Assembly (NCBI GenBank): GCA_963666835.2 | Contig: CAXXGO010000001.1 | Span: 320,001-384,000, forward strand | Direction: 5' to 3' | Length of the DNA: 64,000 bases | Source of the DNA: Phycisphaerae bacterium | GTDB taxonomy: Bacteria > Planctomycetota > Phycisphaerae > UBA1845 | The notes under the pieces: model-generated | The model's database searches: none | What the model saw: the letters and a program-made list of their open reading frames with translations, nothing else | Told to the model about the DNA's origin: nothing | Shown here: one piece after another, positions 56,814 to 64,000 of the stretch | How positions within the stretch are numbered: the stretch's first letter is position 1 | Layout: every line of letters begins with the position of its first letter | Made by a program: the position numbers and the translations under genes

Positions 56814-58496
56814 TCAGTCGACCACTTGCCCGTTGCGGTATGATCGAATCACCTCGACGAATCGGCCGCCGTCGGTGAATATCGGGGCGGGTGCAGAAGG
56901 CGCTGGGTCGCGATCCGCCAGCCGGCTTATGTCGCCCGATAGCGGCGTTCGACAGATAACGGCTTGGCAGGGCAGCCGGCAGCGCACCGCATCGCGCAGG
57001 CAGATGGTGTCTGCTGTGAAGGTGATCTCGCGGCGATACCAATCGTGAGTCAGCCGGAGGTAGTCCGCCGGTTGCCAGCGTTTCTCCCACGTGGGGTATT
57101 CACCGCGGATTTCGCGAGATGCGCTGTCGTGTTGCCGCAGGAAGCTCCGTAACGGAGCCCATCGCTTCCGCGGCTCACGGAGCGGACGTCTCAGTATTCC
57201 GTGCGCGGTGACAGAGTCGCCGCCGACCCGGACGTCGACCCGCCGATCCCAGCGATTGGCCGTGCGCACCGCAAAAGGAAACACCACCTTGACCCCCGGT
57301 TCCTCCAGCGCGCTTTTGCCATTACGCCAGGTGGCGTGCAACGCCCCTCCGCTTTTCAATCCGACCACCGCGTGATAGTCGCGCGTCGTTCGGATTACCA
57401 GTCCGGCGTTTGGGAAGAAGACCTGCCCGTCCTTCTCGAAAGGGAGCACATCCTGCGCGGGGAGACTTTGGGGAGCAGCGAGTGCGGCGAGGATCAGACG
57501 CGGAGCCATCAGTGACAGCAGGTCGTCATGCCACGGGGGTAAATGGCCGGCGCCGTATCGCGCATATCGTTGTCTGGTAAGCGCGGCCAGAGACGCCGCC
57601 TCGCGCAACGTGGTCGCCATCAGCTCCGGGCCGTATGGACTTATAAACGCGGTGCCTTCGGAGCCGTAACACCCGCCGAAGCTGCCGTCGGGGTGGGCGA
57701 AGTGAGTCATGAAGGCCATAGCTTGTTTAATTGCCGGCAGCAACTCTTCCCAGCCGGTTCGGCGAAAGAGGCGGGCGAGGGCGTCCACCGCCAGCGACAA
57801 ACGCCCGAGGTCCGCTCCACCGTGTTCGGGGAACCAACCTTCTTCATCCTGGCGAGCCAGCAGTCTGCCGAGCCGATCTCGCGCCGTCTTTAGTACGGTT
57901 GTGTCCCGGATGACTACCGCACCATCAACCAAGGCGCCGACCGTCGTGGCTTCAAGCCAGGGGGTCTGCTGGGGCTGACGAGCCAGCCACCGCGTGTGTC
58001 CGATCAGATCCCGCAACAGCAGTTCCGTCTGGAATTCGGAGGAGTCGGCCAACAGGTGGATTACATGAGCCGAGCCGGCCGGATACAGCGGGGCTCGCCG
58101 CGCTGCTCGACGCCGTGGTCGACCGTCGCGCGTCAACGACATCTGCCAGCGAACCAGCGAAGCGCGCACGCACTCCCGCAGATAGGCGTTGTCAGCCAGT
58201 TCGGGATCATTGTCGACAAGCATCCCAATTGCTTGGGTCGCCGCCGGCCGACGACACCATAACTCACTGTCGTTGCGCAAGCCCGCCCGCCGGTAAGACT
58301 CATCATCCAGCCACGGTGCCGAACCGAGGATATGGCAGAGCCGGGGCAGACAAGATCGGGCGACCGTTCCATACACTGCGGCCGGCATCGCGCTGAGAGG
58401 CGACGGTACCTCGCTACGCCGATCCGGTGCAGAAGAAGGTGGCAAAGCTTCCGCTGCGTTTTCGATATTGACAGGACTGCCGGCCATCACACCCAT
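56814..58496 (-). CDS. Hypothetical protein, helical-barrel-like (QDEEGWF / HPDGSFGG motifs)
   Basis: Long ORF co-oriented downstream of yidD; start uncertain. Confidence 0.65.
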   Translation of the reverse strand: MGVMAGSPVNIENAAEALPPSSAPDRRSEVPSPLSAMPAAVYGTVARSCLPRLCHILGSAPWLDDESYRRAGLRNDSELWCRRPAATQAIGMLVDNDPELADNAYLRECVRASLVRWQMSLTRDGRPRRRAARRAPLYPAGSAHVIHLLADSSEFQTELLLRDLIGHTRWLARQPQQTPWLEATTVGALVDGAVVIRDTTVLKTARDRLGRLLARQDEEGWFPEHGGADLGRLSLAVDALARLFRRTGWEELLPAIKQAMAFMTHFAHPDGSFGGCYGSEGTAFISPYGPELMATTLREAASLAALTRQRYARYGAGHLPPWHDDLLSLMAPRLILAALAAPQSLPAQDVLPFEKDGQVFFPNAGLVIRTTRDYHAVVGLKSGGALHATWRNGKSALEEPGVKVVFPFAVRTANRWDRRVDVRVGGDSVTAHGILRRPLREPRKRWAPLRSFLRQHDSASREIRGEYPTWEKRWQPADYLRLTHDWYRREITFTADTICLRDAVRCRLPCQAVICRTPLSGDISRLADRDPAPSAPAPIFTDGGRFVEVIRSYRNGQVVD

Positions 58497-58608
58497 TGCA
58501 TCGCCGAATATGTCCGTGGATTCCCCGCCGGTGGGGACGAACCCGGCCGGCCTGGTGCGTCGGCGCACCTCGTTGGTGTTATCGAACCTTCCACCGGTTG
58601 GTCTGAGG

Positions 58609-58920
58609 TTATTCCGGTTTGGGGCGGTCCTTTGCCTTCTGCGGGGCGGGAACCGGGTCGATCCCGCCGCGGCCGAAGGGATGGCAGCGGACAACGCGGC
58701 GCAGGGTCAGCCCCAGACCTCGCCAGAGCCCATGGGTCTGCAGGGCCTCGATTCCGTATTCGCTGCAGCTTGGGCAGAACTTACAGCTTCCCAGCAGGAA
58801 CGGCCGAACCATGGCCTGATAGCATCGGATGGTAAGGACCACCGCGAATACCAGCCAAGCCTCAGCGGCGCGCCGGATCCGTTTGGGGAGAGACTCTACG
58901 ACTGGCACGGGACCACGCAT
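58609..58920 (-). CDS. yidD: Membrane protein insertion efficiency factor
   Basis: IRCYQ, CKFCPSCSEY, HGLWRG, RCHPF..GGIDPVP. Confidence 0.95.
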   Translation of the reverse strand: MRGPVPVVESLPKRIRRAAEAWLVFAVVLTIRCYQAMVRPFLLGSCKFCPSCSEYGIEALQTHGLWRGLGLTLRRVVRCHPFGRGGIDPVPAPQKAKDRPKPE

Positions 58921-58932
58921 GAGCGTGGCACT

Positions 58933-59856
58933 CTAGAACAGAGAGACCACAAACACAATCAAGGACGTGCCGACCGTGGCGATAGCCACCCAGCCCAGAA
59001 GCTGGCGAGGACCCGGGCCCAGCGGTCGCGTGGGTTTGTCCATCACCTCGAGCGCCGTCGCGACGCCTTCACATACCTTCAACGCCAGCGGGGAAACACG
59101 GGTCGTGACCCGGCGCAGAGACTCTCGAACCCGTGCCGAAGATGACGGAGAAGCAGTCGCGGCCGGGCTTTCCGCTACGGCGACGTTCTCAGCGGCGACG
59201 GCCGGTTCGGGGGCGGTTGGCGCTGCTTTCTTCACGGCCGCTTTCTTAGGAGCGGGCGGCTCCGGTTCCGCGCCCGGTTCGCTCAGATCGGGTATCGAGC
59301 TGTCGTTCTCCCATTCAGCGGGTGCGACCAATTCGCCGTCCGGCTGAGTGAATTCGGCCATGAAGTCCGGAACGTCCGAGCCGGAACTCGGATGCGGGTG
59401 GGGAGTTTCAGCGGCAGGCTCACCGTCCGGTTGGGTGAATTCGGCCATGAAGTCGGGGATGTCCTGACTTACACTCGGAGGCGGCTCCGCGGCTGCCCCG
59501 GCGGGCTCAACTGCCCCAGCGGGTTCCTCGACTTCCGCAGCTCCTTGAATGGGCTCCTCAGGAAATGCCCCAAGGTCCGAGCCGGCTTGGTTGAGTAGTT
59601 CGTCAATCGTAGCCAGCTCGGCATCCAACTGAGCGCTCACGTTGTCCGCCCGCGCGGGGGCGGTTGCGGCCTCAGCAATGGCGGTTTGGCTCTCTTCCTC
59701 CGTATCCTCCTCCATCGCGCCGATTTCGGTGGAGACCTCCTTGGCGAGCGCAGCCGCTTCTGAGAGCAGCGCATCGAGGTCGTCTTCCGAAACGCCCAGG
59801 CCGTCAACGCCCTCCGGTGGAAAAGAAGATGGATCTTGCGTGGGGTCGTCAGTCAT
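58933..59856 (-). CDS. Acidic Pro/Ala-rich protein with a C-terminal membrane anchor
   Basis: Low-complexity acidic body; duplicated D(I/V)PDFMAEFTQPDGE; terminal TM LLGWVAIATVGTSLIVFVVSLF. Confidence 0.75.
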   Translation of the reverse strand: MTDDPTQDPSSFPPEGVDGLGVSEDDLDALLSEAAALAKEVSTEIGAMEEDTEEESQTAIAEAATAPARADNVSAQLDAELATIDELLNQAGSDLGAFPEEPIQGAAEVEEPAGAVEPAGAAAEPPPSVSQDIPDFMAEFTQPDGEPAAETPHPHPSSGSDVPDFMAEFTQPDGELVAPAEWENDSSIPDLSEPGAEPEPPAPKKAAVKKAAPTAPEPAVAAENVAVAESPAATASPSSSARVRESLRRVTTRVSPLALKVCEGVATALEVMDKPTRPLGPGPRQLLGWVAIATVGTSLIVFVVSLF

Positions 59857-60003
59857 GTTCAGTAGAATCCTCAGGGACGCTCACACGCCGTGGCGACGGT
59901 AGGCGTAGACCCACCGCAGCCGGTTCTTACATTCGTTTTATCGGTCCATCGACCCGGAGGCGTGAGGTTGCCGAGCCCCGAAGAGCGCTGATAATCGACC
60001 CGC

Positions 60004-60747
60004 ATGCCTATCCCGCGCTTATTCTGCCCGGAACTGGCGGCCGGGACGATCCGGTTGTCCAGGGAGGAGACCCAACACGCCGCGGCCGCTCTGCGCCTCC
60101 GGCGAGGGGCAGAGGTTGTCCTCTTCGACGGTCGGGGCAACGAAGGCGCCGCCCGTATTACGGACTTCGAGCAGCGACAACTCACCGTTGACGTGTCTGA
60201 GATAACACGGCACCCCTTCGAGCTACCTTGCCGGCTTACCCTGGCCGTAGCCATGCCCAAAACTCCGCGGCAGGGTTACTTGATCGAGAAATGCACGGAG
60301 CTGGGGGTCGCCGCGATCTGGCCGATTATCGCGGAACATAGCGTGACTAAGCCCGCCAAGGCAGCCGTCGAGAAGTGGCGGAGGCGCGCGGTCGAGGCGG
60401 CTAAGCAGTCGCGCCGCTGCTGGATCCCGGAAATCTCGCCGCCGCGGTCGTTTGCGGAATCGTTGGCGGATTCGAAGGAGGTGGAACGGAGCTTCCTGGC
60501 ACACCGTTCGGACTCGGCGGTTCCCCTTTGCCGGATCTTGGCTTCGCACGTGTTGCCGGCTTCGATCCTGGCTTGGATCGGTCCGGAGGGAGGTTGGTCC
60601 GAACCGGAGCGGGAGCAGGCAATCGAAGCCGGCGCGACGGTGGTTTTGCTTGCGCCGACGATCCTGCGAACGGAGACCGCCGCGGTTACAGTATGTGCGG
60701 CCGTGGCTCTGGCAGGCGGGCCAGACGCCGCGCCACCCGAGGTTTGA
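60004..60747 (+). CDS. rsmE: 16S rRNA m3U1498 methyltransferase
   Basis: LFDG.G, EKCTELGV, EAAKQSRR, IGPEGGWS, ILRTETAA. Confidence 0.95.
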   Translation: MPIPRLFCPELAAGTIRLSREETQHAAAALRLRRGAEVVLFDGRGNEGAARITDFEQRQLTVDVSEITRHPFELPCRLTLAVAMPKTPRQGYLIEKCTELGVAAIWPIIAEHSVTKPAKAAVEKWRRRAVEAAKQSRRCWIPEISPPRSFAESLADSKEVERSFLAHRSDSAVPLCRILASHVLPASILAWIGPEGGWSEPEREQAIEAGATVVLLAPTILRTETAAVTVCAAVALAGGPDAAPPEV

Positions 60748-60757
60748 GGAGTTTCCG

Positions 60758-61945
60758 ATGCCGGTCTACCCGGTCCGTGAGCTAGCGAGTGATGAGAGCA
60801 GGACGGCGGACGCGGTCACTTTCGCGGATCAGGTCGACATCAGGTCCTTCCCAAGGCGGAGTCTTGGTGTTGCTCTGGTCGTGACGGTCTTCGCGGCATC
60901 AGGTCTACGCGCGGCGGAGCCGGATCCCGCCGAAGAGCGTTTCGCATCCGTTACGAAGTACCTGGCGGCCGAGCAAGCCCGCCAGGGTATTCCGGGCATG
61001 TCCGTTGCGATTGTGGAGGACAACAAGCTCGTCTGGTCCAGAGGTTTCGGTCTCGCGGACGTCGAGAACGACGTTCCGGCCACGCCCCAAACCGTCTATC
61101 GCATCGGATCGGTGTCCAAGATGATCACGGCGACGGCGGTCATGCAGCTCGTGCAATCCGGGCGAATCTCCTTGCGTGCTTCCGTCCGTGATTACGTCCC
61201 CGAGCTGCCGGACAAGGGGGAGACCATCACCGTCCGACACGTTCTGGCGCACCTATCGGGAATCAGGCACTTTCGCACTGCAGGCGAGTTTCTGAATCGA
61301 GAGCCCTACGCTCGCCTCGTCGATACGCTGGCGGTTTTCAAAGACGATCCGCTGGTCGCCCGTCCCGGGGAGCGCTATGTGTACAGCACGTGGGCCTATA
61401 ACTTGCTCGGGTTGGTTGTCGAGCGCGTCAGCGGTGAGCCTTACGGTGATTACCTTGCCAAGCAGGTGTTCGAGCCGGTCGGGATGACCGCTACGGGTCT
61501 GGACGACGTCCGGGCGGTGATCCCGCATCGAGCCCGCGGGTACGCGCGTACTCCGGAGGAAGTGCTGCTCAATTCCCCTTACATTGATCTCAGCGTGCGC
61601 TACCCGGGCGACGGGATCGTCTCTACGGCTGAAGACCTTGCCCGCTTCGCCGCGGCGTTCAACGCGGGCAAGATCCTCGAACAGTCGGTCAGGCAGGTAA
61701 TGACCACCGAGCACCGAAACGCGGCCGGTGAGCCCGTCGGGGGTGGGTTGGGGTGTTTCGTGCGAGACCTGGACGGGCGCAAGATCATCGGCCACGCCGG
61801 AACTACCGCTCAGGCCTCGGCTTTCCTGCTGATCGTACCGGGCGACGATGTGGCCGTGGCGGTGCTGACGAATCTGGAACGCGCCGACGTGAAGACCATC
61901 GGCCTGACGGTGGCACGAGAGCTCCTGGGCCAGGGCGGCGAATAA
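60758..61945 (+). CDS. Serine hydrolase, beta-lactamase/PBP class C-like family
   Basis: IPGMSVAIV, IGSVSK (SxxK), HLSGI, PGERYVYS, GHAG; GAGG RBS. Confidence 0.9.
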   Translation: MPVYPVRELASDESRTADAVTFADQVDIRSFPRRSLGVALVVTVFAASGLRAAEPDPAEERFASVTKYLAAEQARQGIPGMSVAIVEDNKLVWSRGFGLADVENDVPATPQTVYRIGSVSKMITATAVMQLVQSGRISLRASVRDYVPELPDKGETITVRHVLAHLSGIRHFRTAGEFLNREPYARLVDTLAVFKDDPLVARPGERYVYSTWAYNLLGLVVERVSGEPYGDYLAKQVFEPVGMTATGLDDVRAVIPHRARGYARTPEEVLLNSPYIDLSVRYPGDGIVSTAEDLARFAAAFNAGKILEQSVRQVMTTEHRNAAGEPVGGGLGCFVRDLDGRKIIGHAGTTAQASAFLLIVPGDDVAVAVLTNLERADVKTIGLTVARELLGQGGE

Positions 61946-61971
61946 CCGCTCGCAAGGGTTCTCAGGGGGGG

Positions 61972-61999
61972 TTGACGGGCAGACGGTTTTCGCTACATT
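61972..61999 (+). promoter_or_regulatory. Putative sigma70 promoter of rplM-rpsI
   Basis: TTGACG-N16-TACATT, ~50 bp upstream of rplM. Confidence 0.5.
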
Positions 62000-62046
62000 G
62001 AGCGGCTCGACTTTGTTGAAATGCAGCAGCTAGGTGCGGTAACGTT

Positions 62047-62490
62047 ATGTCTCAGTGTAAGATACGAAGTTTTGTGGCCAAGACCGGCGAAGTGGATCAG
62101 AAGTGGTATCACCTTGACGCCACGGATCGAGTGCTAGGGCGCGTGGCCACGAAACTCGCCACGGTTCTGATGGGTAAGCATAAGGCGATTTACACGCCGC
62201 ATGTGGACACGGGTGATTACGTTGTGGTCACCAACGCCCACAAGATCCGCGTCAGCGGCAACAAAGCCAATACGATGATCTACCCGCGGTATTCGTACTA
62301 TCCCGGCGGATACAAGGAGGTCTCGTTCAGACAGGTGCTCGAACGGCATCCGGAGCGAATCCTGCGCGAGTCGGTCCGACGCATGCTCCCCAAGAACGCC
62401 TTGGGACGGCACATGCTGGATAAATTGAAGATTTACACCACTGACACCCATCCGCACGGCGCCCAGAATCCGGCACCGTGGGAGTTTTAA
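62047..62490 (+). CDS. rplM: 50S ribosomal protein L13
   Basis: LGRVAT, GKHKAIYTPHVDTGDYVVV, MLPKNALGR, HPHGAQNP. Confidence 0.98.
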   Translation: MSQCKIRSFVAKTGEVDQKWYHLDATDRVLGRVATKLATVLMGKHKAIYTPHVDTGDYVVVTNAHKIRVSGNKANTMIYPRYSYYPGGYKEVSFRQVLERHPERILRESVRRMLPKNALGRHMLDKLKIYTTDTHPHGAQNPAPWEF

Positions 62491-62520
62491 GAACAGACTT
62501 GCAGGCGGAGGCCTTAAGAC

Positions 62521-63021
62521 GTGACGGACGAGCCAACACCGATTCCCGAGAGTGAACCGCAGATTCCTGCTCCCGAGCCTCCGGCCGCGCCAGGGCCGGC
62601 CCCGGAGCCGGTCAAGACGCCGCCGATAGCCGGTAAGCAGTACATCTGGGGAACCGGGCGGCGCAAGACGGCCGTAGCTCGCGTGCGAGTGCGGCGGGGC
62701 GAGGGCAAGTTCATCGTCAACAACAAGGATGTGGATACCTTCTTCTGCATCGATCGGGACCGCGCCATGGTCCGCAAGCCGTTGGAGGTTACGGACACGG
62801 GCAAGATCTATGACGTGTTCGTTAACGTTAAAGGCGGCGGCATCACGGGTCAGACCGGTGCCGTTGTGTTGGGCCTGGCGAGGGCTTTGCGGAACGCCAG
62901 CGCGGACTACGAGCCGAAGCTGCGAGAGTACAACCTGCTTTCGCGTGACCCGCGTAAGGTCGAGCGGAAGAAGTATGGGCAGCGGGGTGCTCGTCGTCGG
63001 TTCCAGTTCTCGAAACGTTAG
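62521..63021 (+). CDS. rpsI: 30S ribosomal protein S9
   Basis: GTGRRKTAVARV, GGGITGQ, RDPRKVERKKYG..QFSKR. Confidence 0.98.
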   Translation: MTDEPTPIPESEPQIPAPEPPAAPGPAPEPVKTPPIAGKQYIWGTGRRKTAVARVRVRRGEGKFIVNNKDVDTFFCIDRDRAMVRKPLEVTDTGKIYDVFVNVKGGGITGQTGAVVLGLARALRNASADYEPKLREYNLLSRDPRKVERKKYGQRGARRRFQFSKR

Positions 63022-63055
63022 AACGTCGATTTGCTGAGACCCACAGCGACTATTC

Positions 63056-63093
63056 AAGGGCTCCCCGGTCTGGTACCGAGGAGCCCTTTTTTT
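63056..63093 (+). terminator. Intrinsic terminator of rplM-rpsI
   Basis: AAGGGCTCC..GGAGCCC stem followed by T7. Confidence 0.85.
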
Positions 63094-63142
63094 AGGCCAG
63101 GACTTCGCGGCGGCTTCGTCGTCCCGTCGTGATTGGCTTGGG

Positions 63143-63238
63143 AGGCCGTTGAAAAAGGGGACTGGCTACGAGCAGATTACAGCTTACGGTGCCAAGAGAC
63201 GCCATCGGCGAGGTGCCTGCACCATCTTTCACCGGCCT
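63143..63238. mobile_element. MITE-like element G, second copy
   Basis: AGGCCGTTGAAAAAGGGGACTGGC..GGTGCCTGCACCATCTTTCACCGGCCT; homologous to 16740-16833. Confidence 0.75.
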
Positions 63239-63250
63239 GTTAGGGAGTCC

Positions 63251-64000
63251 ATGACTCGGACCCTTCAGAATGCACTGGCACCCTACGCGGTTCCTGCGGA
63301 TGCGGCCGCGGAGCGAGCTCATCAAGAGCCGGAGCTGGGCTCGGCGGAGCCGCGCGAGCCGTTTGAGCTGGACCGGCATCGGATCATCGGTAGCACCGCC
63401 TTCCGCAGGCTGGAGGGCAAGACCCAGGTCTTTGCCCCATCGCACCACGATCACTTCCGCACGCGGCTGACCCACACTTTGGAGGTCGCCCAGATTGCCC
63501 GGTGCCTCGCCCGGCGGCTTCGTGCGAATGAGTCGCTCGCCGAGGCGATTACGCTTGCTCACGATTTGGGGCATCCGCCGTTCGGACATGCGGGCGAGGC
63601 CGCTCTGGACGAGGCCATGGCAGGCAGCGGCGGCTTCAACCACAACGCGCACTCGCTACGGGTGGTGGAGTATCTGGAGCACCCGTTCCCGCCGTTTCGC
63701 GGGCTGAACCTGACGGCGGAGACGCGGCTCGGGCTCGCGGCGCACGAGACGCAGTACGATTGCCCGAGTTCCGCTGGGTCGATGTCGGATGATGGTGCCA
63801 CGGTTATGGCCTCCGGTCCGTCGGTCGAAGCGCAGATCGCCTCGATTGCCGACCGGATCGCGTATGACTGCCATGACCTCGAAGACGGAATCGGGGCCGG
63901 GTTGGTAACGCTGGACGAACTGGCCGGGATTGATCTGTGGGACATCTCCTTTAACGCGGCTACCGGAAGCAATCCGTTAAAACAGGGTACAGGAACCTCG
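63251..64000 (+). CDS. dgt: dGTP triphosphohydrolase (HD family), 3'-truncated by the window
   Basis: Translated by hand from ATG 63251: DRHRII..AFRRLEGKTQVF, RTRLTHTLEVAQI, HDLGHPPFGHAGE, ADRIAYDCHDLEDG; open to the window end. Confidence 0.92.
   Translation, partial: MTRTLQNALAPYAVPADAAAERAHQEPELGSAEPREPFELDRHRIIGSTAFRRLEGKTQVFAPSHHDHFRTRLTHTLEVAQIARCLARRLRANESLAEAITLAHDLGHPPFGHAGEAALDEAMAGSGGFNHNAHSLRVVEYLEHPFPPFRGLNLTAETRLGLAAHETQYDCPSSAGSMSDDGATVMASGPSVEAQIASIADRIAYDCHDLEDGIGAGLVTLDELAGIDLWDISFNAATGSNPLKQGTGTS

Overview
High-GC bacterial chromosomal window, most consistent with a Planctomycetota (Phycisphaerae-like) genome; this is inferred from the Zn-ribbon SpoVG, Cys-rich GACC/dockerin-type secreted proteins and an IPTL-CTERM protein. 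Housekeeping genes: ispE-spoVG-glyQS, rpmI-rplT, rsmE, yidD, rplM-rpsI and a dGTPase cut by the window end. Envelope genes: three GT39-like membrane glycosyltransferases, a GT2 plus two radical SAM genes, waaF, lptF/G and a domain-swapped HldE. Signalling genes: a kinase with a degenerate NtrC-like regulator, and a GGDEF/STAS cluster. There are two large secreted protease-fold proteins (one apparently inactive) and a 1365-aa ExeA-like ATPase fused to a giant coiled coil. Three IS elements have definable ends and target duplications (IS1182 pseudogene, ISL3, IS4). Intergenic DNA is dense with REP/REPIN/MITE-like palindromic mosaics. The most unusual signal is two stuttered arrays of 5'-anchored, variably truncated copies of AAAAyCsGGGACAGYCACCTATTTATTGA. 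They host the IS4 and ISL3 insertions and sit at apparent deletion junctions. All three IS elements are inserted in repeats, and a MITE end appears in frame inside the dGTPase gene. No rRNA, tRNA, CRISPR-cas or RT gene was recognised.
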